Assembly (NCBI GenBank): GCA_027320085.1
Contig: DAHVLZ010000037.1
Location: 1-64,000 of the forward strand
Origin: Pseudomonadota bacterium
GTDB taxonomy: Bacteria; Pseudomonadota; Gammaproteobacteria; JAKAQQ01
DNA length: 64,000 nt
Reading direction: 5' to 3'
In this document: one piece after another, positions 7,978 through 18,257 of the stretch
Position numbering within the stretch: position 1 is the first letter of the stretch
How the letters are laid out: every line of letters begins with the position of its first letter
Position numbers and translations under genes: made by a program
Notes under the pieces: generated by a model
Databases searched by the model: none
The model's input: the letters and a program-made list of their open reading frames with translations, nothing else
Told to the model about the DNA's origin: nothing

Positions 7978-9201
7978 TCAATGCTGGACGACCTGGATCA
8001 GGTCCCACATGGGCAGGAAGACTCCCAGGGCAAGGATGAGAACCACAAGGCCCAGAGCCACGATCAGAATCGGTTCGATCAGGGCACCGATGTTGCGGAC
8101 GTCGTAGTCCACCTCGTCCTCGTAATAGATTGCGACTTCATCCAGCATATCGTCCGCCGCACCGGTTTCGTCGCCGACGCGGAGCATCTGGACGACGAGG
8201 GGTGTGAAGAGGCCCACGGTCTCCGCCGTCGTGCTCAGCGATTCGCCACGCTCCACACCGGTCCGCATGGCCAGGATCCGCTCTCCGAGGTACTCGTTCC
8301 CGACCGATTGGGCAATAAGGCCCATGGCCTGGACCATTGGAACCCCGGCTCGGTAGCTCATGGCAAAGGCCCGTGAAAAGCGGGCCAGTCCCCCGCGGAG
8401 GACCAATGGCCCGAACACCGGTAGGCGGAGCTTCAGGGTGTCCCACCAGTAGCGGCCCCTTTCGGTCCGTATATAGATCCGAAAGGCTAAGGTCGTGAGG
8501 ATGATCAGAGCAAGGACTAAAAACCAGTAATGCGATGCAAAGTTCGAGACTGCGAGAATGATCCGCGTCGGTAGGGGGAGCTCGCCGTGAAACTGGGCGT
8601 AGACCCGCGCAAAGGCGGGGATAACCTTGACCGTGATCACCGCGATGGCAATGGAGATGGCGATGATCACGATGGCCGGGTAGCGGAGCGCGGTCTTGAG
8701 CTGGTTACGGGTGTTTTTATCCCGCTGGAGGTATTCGTGAAGGCGAAGGAAGGATTCCTCGAGCTTTCCACTGGCCTCGCCCACGCGCACGATGCTGATG
8801 TAGAGCGGAGGGAAGACCTGAGGGCAGCGTTGCATGGAGCTGGCCAGATCGCGGCCTTCTTCAAGGGAGGCGAGCAGTGCGGCGAGGGCCTCACGCAGGG
8901 CCGGTGTCCGGGTGGAATCCATGAGGCTCTTGAGCCCGCGGTTGATCGGAACTCCGGCCCGGGTCAGGGCATGCATCTGGCGGCTGAACAGAAGAAGTTC
9001 ATCAGTCCGGACCCGACGACCGGGCCACAGGCGCCTCATGGTGGTGAGCCAGTCAGGTTCGGCCGGTCGCGGCCGGATCTCGACGGGTGTGATGCCGACC
9101 GTGAGCAATTGGTTGGCGACCGCTTCGGGACCCTCTGCTTCCCGGTATCCGGTGACGAGTGCACCACGTCGGTCACGACCGCGGAACGTGAACTCAACCA
9201 T
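7978..9201 (-). CDS. mshG: MSHA inner-membrane platform protein MshG (PilC/GspF family)
   Basis: FSRQMHAL.RAGVPI, GEASGKL, ALRYP, GDETG, IEPILIV..LGVFLPMWDL. Confidence 0.92.
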   Translation of the reverse strand: MVEFTFRGRDRRGALVTGYREAEGPEAVANQLLTVGITPVEIRPRPAEPDWLTTMRRLWPGRRVRTDELLLFSRQMHALTRAGVPINRGLKSLMDSTRTPALREALAALLASLEEGRDLASSMQRCPQVFPPLYISIVRVGEASGKLEESFLRLHEYLQRDKNTRNQLKTALRYPAIVIIAISIAIAVITVKVIPAFARVYAQFHGELPLPTRIILAVSNFASHYWFLVLALIILTTLAFRIYIRTERGRYWWDTLKLRLPVFGPLVLRGGLARFSRAFAMSYRAGVPMVQAMGLIAQSVGNEYLGERILAMRTGVERGESLSTTAETVGLFTPLVVQMLRVGDETGAADDMLDEVAIYYEDEVDYDVRNIGALIEPILIVALGLVVLILALGVFLPMWDLIQVVQH

Positions 9202-10936
9202 TGGGTGGGCCTTCCTGGAAGGGATTGACCTCGCCGAAAAGGCGCAGGACCTCGCTCAGGCTGGTCAGGCCGCCTTGGGCGTAACCTAAGGCACGTCGGA
9301 CCAGGCTTATGTAGCCGGCCTGGCGGCGGGCCGTCTGGGCAATGTCCGTGGACACCTCGCGCCTCAAGGCGTCGGCCAGCGGGGCATCGATCCCCAGTAG
9401 TTCGAACACGCCGATCCGGCCCCGGAAACCACTGTTATTGCAGAATGGACAACCCCGTCCCTGCCGCCACTCGTGGTCGGTGGCGGAGAGTCCCTGCGAG
9501 TCGAGCCAGGCTGTTTCCTGTGGTGTGGGCTCATGGATCTCGGTGCAATCCGTACAGAGGCGGCGGATCAGACGCTGGGAAACCACGGCATTCAGGGTGG
9601 CCGCAATGAGGTAGCCACGGGCGCCCATGTTGAGCAGCCGGTCCAGTCCCGTTGGTGCGTCGTTGGTATGCAGAGTGGACAGGACGAGATGTCCCATGAG
9701 GGCGGCCCGGAGTGCCACCTCCATGGTCTCCTGGTCGCGGATCTCGCCCACCATGATGACGTCGGGATCCTGCCGGAGTGTGGTTCTCAGGATGCGGGCG
9801 AAATCCAGTCCAATCCGGGGGTTGACTTGGATCTGACTGATGCGGGGTAGCCGGTATTCGACCGGGTCCTCGACCGTGATGATCTTGATGGCCGGGTGAT
9901 TGATGGCATTCAGGATCGAATACAGGGTCGTCGACTTGCCGCCACCGGTAGGCCCCGTGACAAGCACCATGCCGGTCGGTCGCGCAATGAGCGTTTTGAG
10001 GCGGGGGAGGAGGTCGGCAGGAAGCCCCAGCTGATCGAGACCGATGAGGTCGTGGGACGGGTCCAGCAACCGCATGACAACACTTTCGCCGTAGGATGTG
10101 GGCAGGGTGGCGAGTCGGATATCCAAGGTCCGCTCCTTGACCTTGAGGCTGAAGCGCCCGTCCTGCGGCAGTCGGCGCTCCGAGATATCGAGGCCGGCCA
10201 TGAGCTTGAGACGGGTGATGATGGCCTGACTCACCCGTCGGCCCTCGACCAGCTGTTCATGGAGGATGCCGTCTATCCGTTGACGGACCCGGAGCTGGTT
10301 TTCCTCTGGTTCGAGATGAATATCGGAGGTACGGGCTTGGACGGCATCCTCGAACAGAGACTTCAAGAGGCGGACGACCGGCTGCTCTCCCAGCATTTCG
10401 CTCTGTCCGAGCTGCTCGATGTCGAAATTGCTGCCTTCCCTGAGTTCGGCACCGATTTCCTCCGCAAGGAGCGAAATCTCTTCCGTACGGCGGTAGACGA
10501 CATCGATGGCGCGGATGAGGTCCCCCTCCGGGACTAGGCTCAGCTGCAACGGTTTCTTGAGGAGCCGCGAGAGTTCGTCATAGGCGAAGATATCGGTCGG
10601 GTCCACCATGCCGATGAGCAGGTCATCGGACCGGTCCTCGAGCACGATGGCCCGGTAGCGTCGGGCGTAGCTTTCCGGGAGCAGCCGGACGGTTTCGGGC
10701 TGGAAACGGTATCGCTTGAGATCAACAAGCGGGATCCCGAGCTGTCGTGATAGGAAGTCAAGCAGGGTCTCTTCATTGATGAGGCCGAGTTCGATTAGGA
10801 TCCGGCCCAGCTTGTGCCCCGTCTTTCTCTGTTCGGCGAGCGCCGTCTTGAGTGCGCTTTCCGAAATGATCTTTTCGCGCATCAGGAGATCGCCGATGCG
10901 GATGCGTTCCGGTGGTTTAGCGAGTGGGCGGTTCAT
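9194..10936 (-). CDS. mshE: MSHA assembly ATPase MshE with N-terminal MshEN c-di-GMP-binding domain
   Basis: Tandem RIGDLL...LKTALAEQ / KLGRILIELGLI...LSRQ motifs; Walker A GPTGGGKSTT; TVEDPVE; LRQDPDVIMVGEIRD; CxxC pairs. Confidence 0.93.
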   Translation of the reverse strand: MNRPLAKPPERIRIGDLLMREKIISESALKTALAEQRKTGHKLGRILIELGLINEETLLDFLSRQLGIPLVDLKRYRFQPETVRLLPESYARRYRAIVLEDRSDDLLIGMVDPTDIFAYDELSRLLKKPLQLSLVPEGDLIRAIDVVYRRTEEISLLAEEIGAELREGSNFDIEQLGQSEMLGEQPVVRLLKSLFEDAVQARTSDIHLEPEENQLRVRQRIDGILHEQLVEGRRVSQAIITRLKLMAGLDISERRLPQDGRFSLKVKERTLDIRLATLPTSYGESVVMRLLDPSHDLIGLDQLGLPADLLPRLKTLIARPTGMVLVTGPTGGGKSTTLYSILNAINHPAIKIITVEDPVEYRLPRISQIQVNPRIGLDFARILRTTLRQDPDVIMVGEIRDQETMEVALRAALMGHLVLSTLHTNDAPTGLDRLLNMGARGYLIAATLNAVVSQRLIRRLCTDCTEIHEPTPQETAWLDSQGLSATDHEWRQGRGCPFCNNSGFRGRIGVFELLGIDAPLADALRREVSTDIAQTARRQAGYISLVRRALGYAQGGLTSLSEVLRLFGEVNPFQEGPPNG

Positions 10937-11996
10937 GTGTTGGGAGGGTCTTTTCGAGAAATCTGATTCTACGCTCGAGATAGAAGGCAAGCGTGGGCGC
11001 AAGCCCTCCCAGAACGAGGGCCTGCCGGTCAGAGGCGAGGGCCAGGCGGGCCCGGCCCGACTGTTCCAAGGCGATCCCCCGACCGGCCCAGGCCCAAGCG
11101 GCGCCGGGACGTTTCGCGATGATCTCGCCGTAGAGGCGGGCGGCTGCGGACCAGTGGGCGGTCAACTGGGCGAGGGCAGCGGCCAATTTGAGGAAATGCA
11201 GGTGAGTTGCCGGGTTGTCCGGCGGATGGCGCCGGATCTCGTGCCAGGCGAGGGCCGTGTTGCCGGTCCGGGCCAAGAGGTTGATCTGCGCGTCACGGGC
11301 GCGGCTGCTGGTGCCCGGGAGGCGGATCCCAGCCAAAAGGAGTGCTCGGGCCGCTGGAAGGTCTCCAAGCCGCATTTCGAGTCCGCCCAAGGCTAGGCGG
11401 ACAGTAGAGTTCCGCGGCTCTAGGGATAGCGCTGCCCTGAAGCGGAGCATGGCACGGTGAACCTTTCTGTGGCGAAGGTCGCGCCGGGCTTCGAGAAGGT
11501 CCAGTTGTACCTCTTCGGCGGGTGTGGTGGGAGAGGCAGAGCGGATGTCAAGGGATTGTGCGATGGCCACGGGTGGGTGAGGACGGTGCAAGGCAGGCCT
11601 GACCTGTGGTTTTGTCCGGATAGTCCGAGATACGAACCTCCGGGAGCGTCCTCCGGACGCAGCGGAATGGAGGAGACGCTGGGTGGTCGCGACTGCCCTC
11701 TGGGCAGGAACGGCTGCGGGGGGCACAGGACTTTGGGTCTGGATTGCAGCATGGTCCGTTGTGCCTAGGGAGTGTGGGGGAGGGAGAGCCAGGTGGGGCT
11801 TCCTCTCGCGGGTCAGAAGAAACCACCCTGTGCCGAGGACAAGGAGGGCGATGAAAATGCCGGAGAGGAGTGCCGAAAGCCGACGCACCCGGCTACGCCG
11901 TCCGGATTCCGAGACGACCCGAATGCCAGAAAGTGTCCCCGTCGCTTGGGGTTCCCGCTTTGCTAGGTCCCGGAGGACGTCATTGATGAGGCTCAT
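10917..11996 (-). CDS. mshN: MSHA biogenesis protein MshN (TPR)
   Basis: MSLINDVLRDLAKR N-terminus, single TM segment, C-terminal TPR-like helices. Confidence 0.8.
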   Translation of the reverse strand: MSLINDVLRDLAKREPQATGTLSGIRVVSESGRRSRVRRLSALLSGIFIALLVLGTGWFLLTRERKPHLALPPPHSLGTTDHAAIQTQSPVPPAAVPAQRAVATTQRLLHSAASGGRSRRFVSRTIRTKPQVRPALHRPHPPVAIAQSLDIRSASPTTPAEEVQLDLLEARRDLRHRKVHRAMLRFRAALSLEPRNSTVRLALGGLEMRLGDLPAARALLLAGIRLPGTSSRARDAQINLLARTGNTALAWHEIRRHPPDNPATHLHFLKLAAALAQLTAHWSAAARLYGEIIAKRPGAAWAWAGRGIALEQSGRARLALASDRQALVLGGLAPTLAFYLERRIRFLEKTLPTHEPPTR

Positions 11997-12844
11997 GTCC
12001 GGCTCCAGATCCGGCTTGGCCAGGACCGGTGTGCCTGGAGGATTTCGCTATCGGCGGCAGCCCGGATGATATGGGTTCTCTGGATCCGTGCGCTTCCGGC
12101 ACCAAAGGCGGCAAGCAAGGCCTTGTGGGCGCCTAGGTTCACGAGCCGAGGGACTCCCCGGCTCACACGGGCCAGCTCCCGGACCGCCCGAGGGGTGAAG
12201 AGACCGGGATCGTTTGAGCCCGCGACCGCAAGGCGGTGATGGATGTAACCTGCAACGATATCCGGGGCCATGGGCTCCAGCCTGTAGCTGAAGCTGATCC
12301 GTTGTGCGAGCTGCCGGAGGATCGGGCGGGACAGGCGGGCGTCGAGTTCAGGCTGGCCAAAAAGGACGATATGGAGGAGTTTGGCTTTCTCGGTTTCCAG
12401 ATTGGACCAGAGGCGGATGGCTTCTAGAGCGGGAGAGGACAGTTCTTGGGCCTCGTCGATCAGGACTACGACACGACCCTGGTTACGGGCCAACTCGAGC
12501 AGGCGCCCCTGGATTGCCTCCGTGAGGAGCCCAGCGCCCATGATCGGTCCGAGCGGAATCCCCAGTTCCCGTGCCAGGGCGCGCCGGATCTCGTTCGGAG
12601 TGAGGTGGGGATTCGGCAGGTAGGCGGTCGTGAAGTGTCCCCGGAGCCGATTGAGCAAGGTCCGGCAGAGCAGCGTTTTTCCAAGTCCGACCTCACCCGT
12701 GATCTTGAGGAACCCTTCGCCACTCTCAAGTGCCAAAAGAACGACGTTCAGGGCCTCCTGATGGCTGCCAAACGCGTAGAAAAAATCGGTATCTGGCGTG
12801 AGATTGAACGGGTATTCCCTGAATCCGAAGAAGTTGAGATACAT
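11993..12844 (-). CDS. mshM: MSHA biogenesis ATPase MshM (ExeA family)
   Basis: MYLNFFGFREYPFNLTPD, GEVGLGKT, IDEAQ, LFGQPEL, GVPRLVN. Confidence 0.92.
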   Translation of the reverse strand: MYLNFFGFREYPFNLTPDTDFFYAFGSHQEALNVVLLALESGEGFLKITGEVGLGKTLLCRTLLNRLRGHFTTAYLPNPHLTPNEIRRALARELGIPLGPIMGAGLLTEAIQGRLLELARNQGRVVVLIDEAQELSSPALEAIRLWSNLETEKAKLLHIVLFGQPELDARLSRPILRQLAQRISFSYRLEPMAPDIVAGYIHHRLAVAGSNDPGLFTPRAVRELARVSRGVPRLVNLGAHKALLAAFGAGSARIQRTHIIRAAADSEILQAHRSWPSRIWSRT

Positions 12845-12853
12845 ACTACGGGG

Positions 12854-14605
12854 CTAGTGCACGCCCCAACCCTGCCGGAAATGGCCCTGTCGCCCGAAAG
12901 CCCGGGCTTCGCGCCGGGCATAGCGCGACCAGGTGGCCCGGTTGCCCACGACGATCGGGCGCAAGAGGATGACCAGTTCGGTTTTCACCGTTTGCTGCAA
13001 CCGCTGCTTGAAAAGGTTGCCAAGAAGGGGAATCTGGCCGAGGATGGGTGTCTCGTAATTTTCATTCTCGATTTCGTTCTTCATGAGACCGCCAATGACG
13101 ATCACCTGGCCAGAGTGGGCACGCACAACCGTATCGGATTCGCGTACCTGACTGAAAGCCAGTGGCAGGGTGCTTGACTGGCCAGAGACCGTGAACGAGG
13201 TGATCTGGGAGGTGACCTTGCTCACGGTGGGATGGATTTCCAGAATGACCGTACCATGGGAGGTGATTTCCGGCGTGACGTCCAGGGAGATGCCGGAAAA
13301 GAACGGGGTCAGGTTGACGTTATTTGCGGAACTCACGGCGGTTCCTACAAAGGTGTTGCTGTTCACTCCCGTGACAAAGTACTGGTCATTGCCGACTTTG
13401 ATGACCGCCTGCTGATTGTTGAGGGTGGCGACCCGCGGGCTCGAGAGGACATGGACCTGCCCTTGATGCTGGAGCAGCTCGATGAAACCGGTGAAGTCGC
13501 CCAAGTTGAGGGCCATGGCGAAGGTTCCGCCAAAAGCGGTGGTCGGAAAGCTGGACAGGGGGGCGGTGTTGGGCGCTAGGGTCAACGATTGGCCGGCCAG
13601 CGTGGAAGTTCCCTGGTTGAACAGGTTCTGGCCACTAATCTGTCCACCGAGGATGGAATTTCCCGTACCAGGCTGGCCGAGCGCGGCCCAGTTGATTCCG
13701 CTCTGGAAACCCTTGTTGAGGGTGACTTCGAGGATCTTGGCCTCAATCACCACTTCCCGGTCCAGACTCCCCTGGATCTGGCGGAGATAATCCGCGGTCA
13801 GGTGGATTTCCGTGGGTGTGCCGCGGACGAGCACGACACCGGAGGTTGGGCTTACGATCACCTCGTGACCGGGCGTTTGGGTCACGATGGCCAAAAGTGC
13901 CTTCTGGATGTGTTTCCAGAAGGCGGATTTGAACTTGGTTTCAATACTGGTACTGGCCTGCTGCCCGGATGGAAGATAGAGCTGCTGGTTCTGGTTGTTA
14001 TTCATGTTTCCGTACATTCCCCCTCCGCCGTACAACCCCCCATAGGCACCGACGCCTCCGTACCCGTTGTTCTGGGGCACATTGGTCGTTTCCCCGGAGG
14101 TGATGAGTGTCCGCGTGACGCCCTTGCGGCTGACGTCTAGGTAGTTGACGTGAAAGATTCGCGTGATGAGCCCCTTGGGCAGGACAAGGTAGCCGCCCGG
14201 GATACGGTGGTAACGGAAGCCGTACGTTGCCCGCACAATGGCAAACACCTCGGGGACCGTCACCTGCTTGAGTTCAAGAGTGATCCGTCCAGTCACCTTG
14301 GGTGCCACGACGACGTTGTAGGGGGTATCTTTTACGAGTCCGAGGAAGAAGGGCCGCGCCGGTTCGTTATGGACTGACAGATTGAAGCGCTCCTCGGCAA
14401 CCCGTCCGATACCCGTCTTGACGGAAGGGAGGAAAGTTGCGGCCAGGCTGGGCGGTGGAGGCAGCGGGCGGAGCGGAGCCATCGGGGTCACCCGCCCGGC
14501 ATGCCGCAGCAGCGATGCTGGACTTGAATGGGGGCGGGTTGTGGCGCATCCGGATAGAGCGGCTGCGCAGGCGAGGGCCGACAGCAAGCGGGAACGTCGA
14601 TTCAT
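12854..14605 (-). CDS. mshL: MSHA secretin MshL (lipoprotein)
   Basis: Lipobox LSGC; VIEAKILEVTL, LSSPRVATLNNQQAVIKVG, PFFSGISLDVTP, IGGLM, PLLGNLF, ELVILLRP. Confidence 0.93.
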   Translation of the reverse strand: MNRRSRLLSALACAAALSGCATTRPHSSPASLLRHAGRVTPMAPLRPLPPPPSLAATFLPSVKTGIGRVAEERFNLSVHNEPARPFFLGLVKDTPYNVVVAPKVTGRITLELKQVTVPEVFAIVRATYGFRYHRIPGGYLVLPKGLITRIFHVNYLDVSRKGVTRTLITSGETTNVPQNNGYGGVGAYGGLYGGGGMYGNMNNNQNQQLYLPSGQQASTSIETKFKSAFWKHIQKALLAIVTQTPGHEVIVSPTSGVVLVRGTPTEIHLTADYLRQIQGSLDREVVIEAKILEVTLNKGFQSGINWAALGQPGTGNSILGGQISGQNLFNQGTSTLAGQSLTLAPNTAPLSSFPTTAFGGTFAMALNLGDFTGFIELLQHQGQVHVLSSPRVATLNNQQAVIKVGNDQYFVTGVNSNTFVGTAVSSANNVNLTPFFSGISLDVTPEITSHGTVILEIHPTVSKVTSQITSFTVSGQSSTLPLAFSQVRESDTVVRAHSGQVIVIGGLMKNEIENENYETPILGQIPLLGNLFKQRLQQTVKTELVILLRPIVVGNRATWSRYARREARAFGRQGHFRQGWGVH

Positions 14606-14973
14606 CGCGGTGATCTCGCAGAAGAACGAAGGAGGGCGGGGTATAGGGTAAGGACCATGATGCCTCCAGTGCCGAGGCGTAAAACAACCCGGCTGGGCTC
14701 GATTCGAAGAACGGTTGCGTCTCCCAAGTGATCCCCGAGCCCCAGCCTCCGACCGTTAATTGTGGCAATCCTCCGGTCCGGAGCGATCAGGACGGAGGTC
14801 AGCCGATAGGGGACAGGGGTATTTCGTTTGGGGACGGCGGCGAACGGGGGAGGACGCATTGGATCAGGGATCCGGCTAGCCTTGGCGAGCTGAATGGACA
14901 GGGTTCCCAAGACACCAGCCAGGAAAAGGAGTGGGAAGACGATGGGTTTATGAGCGGAGGAGTGCACGGTCAA
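14602..14973 (-). CDS. mshK: MSHA biogenesis protein MshK
   Basis: Signal-like N-terminus, DPMRPP motif, A.ING; located between mshJ and mshL. Confidence 0.8.
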   Translation of the reverse strand: MTVHSSAHKPIVFPLLFLAGVLGTLSIQLAKASRIPDPMRPPPFAAVPKRNTPVPYRLTSVLIAPDRRIATINGRRLGLGDHLGDATVLRIEPSRVVLRLGTGGIMVLTLYPALLRSSARSPR

Positions 14974-15604
14974 GACTCAGTGTGTGAACGACGAGGGTCG
15001 CCCGGTTCTCGGGATAGTGTGTCGCCTTGAGATCGAAGCGATCCCAGTAGAAATGCCACGGCAACCGGTTAAGCGCGTGGAGATAGTCCAGGGTCTCGCG
15101 AAAATCTCCCTTGAAGACCAGCTCAAGCGGATGGCTGAACAGGTTGACGCCATTCGCCTGGGCCCCAGGATCGTTGAGCAGTGCACGGGGAGGAAGATTC
15201 TGGGCGCGGATGAGCACAAGTCCACGCTGCCTGGCCAGGATAGCCTCGAGCAGCCGGCTCATCACCTGGGGGCTGACCAGTCCTACTGTTCTGGCGTGCA
15301 GGTTTCGGTCGACGGCTCGTATCCTGGATAGTGTTCTCGTGATCTTTTGGCGGAGGATCAAGTTGGGATGAAGTACCGCCGTCGCAGCCAACCGGCTCGC
15401 TGCTTGGCCCAAGGCATGGATCCGTCTGGCGGTTGCCGTAGCCTGCCGACGCTCGTGGCTCATGGCGAGGCCAACCGGCGTGAGCAGGATCGCCTGGCCC
15501 AGGTAATACAGGATGGCGGCACCGGTGAGGAGCACGAGGACACGCTCCCGGAGACTCAACTGGTCGATCCGGTGTGCAATTTTTCTGACCGTTTCGCGGA
15601 TCAC
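14948..15604 (-). CDS. mshJ: MSHA biogenesis protein MshJ (PilO-like)
   Basis: LSLRER + TM + coiled coil; LVSPQ.M; G.F...LDYL..L..LPW.FYW; TLSL. Confidence 0.85.
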   Translation of the reverse strand: MIRETVRKIAHRIDQLSLRERVLVLLTGAAILYYLGQAILLTPVGLAMSHERRQATATARRIHALGQAASRLAATAVLHPNLILRQKITRTLSRIRAVDRNLHARTVGLVSPQVMSRLLEAILARQRGLVLIRAQNLPPRALLNDPGAQANGVNLFSHPLELVFKGDFRETLDYLHALNRLPWHFYWDRFDLKATHYPENRATLVVHTLSLDRALLRS

Positions 15605-16212
15605 GGCGTTTTTCGCTTCCCGGCAATCCGGGTGGTGGAGGCGCGGAAATCGAGGTAAGGCGCACCGTGCGGGGCCCTGCTGATCCGGAGGCTCTCGAAG
15701 CTGAGAGTGAGCCGGGTTTTGAGCAGGTGGGCAAAATAGCGTGGCACAAGAGTCGCGGCCATCGCGTGGCCCTTGAGAGTCAGGGACTGGCCCCCCTCGC
15801 GGATCTCGATCGCGTCAAACCAGAGCCCGGGCATTACCGCTTTGGACAGCGTGACGAGCTCGCCGGAAAATCCCCGAAGATTGCCGTATCGGGGCTCCTT
15901 GAGCAGGGTTAGGGCGGTCTCTTTCTCACGGAGCAGGGCTTTCAGATGGTTGAAACGGGCCACCAGGAGGGGGCTTTTTCGGTGCAACCGGGCGATTTCG
16001 GTGAGGGTTGCAAGCCGCTGGGTAAGGACCAACTCCTCGCTGCGTAACCTCGACAGGGTGGAATCGGCGGAGACCAGGAGAATCCGTTCGTAGCCATAAA
16101 CGAGCAAGATGCCTGCGATAAGCACGAGCAGGATCTTGCCGATGGCCGACCCTCCGAGCGGAATCTGCTGCTTGTGGAACAGGGGTTGGTAGAGATTGAT
16201 TTCCTGTGCCAT
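15601..16212 (-). CDS. MSHA biogenesis protein MshI2 (PilN-like)
   Basis: QEINLY motif, TM, coiled coil, GLW..I, LKGHA, VP.Y. Confidence 0.8.
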   Translation of the reverse strand: MAQEINLYQPLFHKQQIPLGGSAIGKILLVLIAGILLVYGYERILLVSADSTLSRLRSEELVLTQRLATLTEIARLHRKSPLLVARFNHLKALLREKETALTLLKEPRYGNLRGFSGELVTLSKAVMPGLWFDAIEIREGGQSLTLKGHAMAATLVPRYFAHLLKTRLTLSFESLRISRAPHGAPYLDFRASTTRIAGKRKTP

Positions 16213-16213
16213 G

Positions 16214-17137
16214 TCAGGACTCCGGCCCGAGTCTCAGGGCGGCGCCGATCGCGAGCAGACCACGGGCCTGCTCTTCGATTGCCAGTGGTCGGACGCAATC
16301 GAGATGCTGGTTGAGATCACAGTACCGGACCGCGAGGCCGGTATATTCCGTGAGTGACTCGGACAAGTTGCTAGGTGCCCCCTGAGTGGGCAGGATCAGG
16401 ACAGTCTGGGCCAGGGCCAGGTGAAAGTGGCGGTCGCAGTAATCCATCGAACGCTGAATCTCGAGAGCCAACTGCTCCGTTGTGGCAGGAGCCAGCTGGA
16501 GGGTCTCCGCCCCAAAATCGAGGCGACGGGCCAGGTAGAGGGTATGCTGCCGGGTGACTACCACCAACCCCCTTTGGGATTCGAGGTGCAGGGTGACGAG
16601 CCCCTGCCGGTCCTCCGGCGCTAGTGCCGAAAGGTTCCGGATGCACATTTCGGGGATGTCGATGACCGTGAGAGCCGCACCCGTTTCCGCGACGCTGTCC
16701 ACCAGGCTGCGGATGGCGTCGGCCCGTGCGGCGATGCAATAAAGGCTGGCTCGACCACCTGCGGTCTGGCTGTCGGCTGGCAGCTCAAAAAGGTCGATCA
16801 GAGCGTCATCGACATGGAAGTCGATCAGGTCCTTGATCTTCCAGCGCAGAGCGCTGCGCAACTCCTGCGGAGGGACATCCGGTGCGTCGACCAGGAGGAT
16901 CTTGTAGGCCTCCCAAGGAGTCACTAGGGAAAGGCGGTCGTGCGCACGGGTGCCCTCTTGGATGAAATGGGCAAGGTTCCGGGCAGTCTCACCGTCGGTC
17001 GGCACTTCGCGGTAGCGTTCGAGACGGGGACGTGATCCGCGATTGCGGGTGATTTGGGCCAAGACTAGGGTTTCGCCAAATGGTACGACCCCCGTCAGGC
17101 TTGAAAGGGCGGGTGTGGTTTTACGCAGGTTCCACAT
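16214..17137 (-). CDS. MSHA biogenesis protein MshI1 (PilM-like)
   Basis: P.VP..EL..ALRWKIKDLIDF, IDIPEM..RNL, LALEIQRSMDY, LAIGAALR. Confidence 0.82.
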   Translation of the reverse strand: MWNLRKTTPALSSLTGVVPFGETLVLAQITRNRGSRPRLERYREVPTDGETARNLAHFIQEGTRAHDRLSLVTPWEAYKILLVDAPDVPPQELRSALRWKIKDLIDFHVDDALIDLFELPADSQTAGGRASLYCIAARADAIRSLVDSVAETGAALTVIDIPEMCIRNLSALAPEDRQGLVTLHLESQRGLVVVTRQHTLYLARRLDFGAETLQLAPATTEQLALEIQRSMDYCDRHFHLALAQTVLILPTQGAPSNLSESLTEYTGLAVRYCDLNQHLDCVRPLAIEEQARGLLAIGAALRLGPES

Positions 17138-17318
17138 GGTTTTCAGGTTTGTGCGAGTTTCCCTGTGTTTGTCGGTTTGGGCCCCATGATCCAGCCTCCG
17201 GGCTTTCACAGCTTAAGGGAAAGCGGGGGGATTGTAAACGCGCGCCAGGGGTCTTTGGTGTGCTGCCGGGTTAGCCTGCCCTCGGATGGCAGGGGCGATC
17301 ATGCAGGTCGGTGGGCCG

Positions 17319-18257
17319 TCAGCTCCGCTTGAGTGACCCGATGAGCGCATGGAGTGGAAGGTGGGCTTCCCCAAGGTAGGCGAGAAGGCCGTCGTAGATC
17401 TCGTTTGGAAGAAGCGGATTGTAAAAAAGGCCGGAACCGAGACCGACCAGGGAGGCTCCCGCAATCAGGAAATCGATCGCGTCTTCGGTGGTGGTGATGC
17501 CACCCTGGCCAATAATGGGAATACCTAGGGGGGCCGCGATTTCAGCCACTTCAGCGACCTTGAGCAGCGCGATGGGCTTGATCGCGGGACCGGATAGTCC
17601 GCCCTGGCCGTAGCTTGGAAGCGGCATGCGGTGTGTGCGATCAATGGCCAGGCCCGTGACGGTATTGATCACGGCCAGGGCATCCGCGCCGGCCTCGATG
17701 CAGCGACGGGCATTGGTCCGGATATCGGTCTGGTTTGGGGAGAGTTTCACGATCAGCGGTTTGCGTGTTGTGGGACGGCAGGCCGCGATGACCCGAGCCG
17801 ACATGGTGGGATCGTTGCCGAACTGGACTCCGCCTTCCTTGACGTTCGGGCACGAGATATTGATCTCGAGGGCATCGATCGGGGAATCATCGAAGCGGCG
17901 GGAAACCTCGGCATATTCCTCGACCGTCGAGCCGGACACGTTGGCCACGTAGCGAGTTTCCGAAAAATCAAGGTGGGGCAGGATCGTCCTGACGACCGCG
18001 TCGACCCCAGGATTCTGAAGCCCGATTGCGTTGAGGTATCCGGAAGCAGTTTCCCACAGACGATGCGGCGGGTTACCGAGACGCGGCAGGAGGGTCGTTC
18101 CCTTGAGGCAGACTGCCCCCACACGGGTCAGGGAAAAACCCTCGATCCGGGTATATTCCTCCCCGAATCCAACACATCCGGAAAGCAGGACGATCGGACT
18201 GTTCAGTGCCAGTCCGCAGAAGGTGCACTGGAGCGGCGAGGCTACTTCATTCGGCAT
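17319..18257 (-). CDS. pyrD: Dihydroorotate dehydrogenase, class 1 (cytoplasmic) catalytic subunit
   Basis: GNPPHRL.ET, NAIGLQNPG, EINISCPNVKEGG (catalytic Cys), VKLSPN, INT, GGLSGPAIKP, GQGGI. Confidence 0.92.
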   Translation of the reverse strand: MPNEVASPLQCTFCGLALNSPIVLLSGCVGFGEEYTRIEGFSLTRVGAVCLKGTTLLPRLGNPPHRLWETASGYLNAIGLQNPGVDAVVRTILPHLDFSETRYVANVSGSTVEEYAEVSRRFDDSPIDALEINISCPNVKEGGVQFGNDPTMSARVIAACRPTTRKPLIVKLSPNQTDIRTNARRCIEAGADALAVINTVTGLAIDRTHRMPLPSYGQGGLSGPAIKPIALLKVAEVAEIAAPLGIPIIGQGGITTTEDAIDFLIAGASLVGLGSGLFYNPLLPNEIYDGLLAYLGEAHLPLHALIGSLKRS

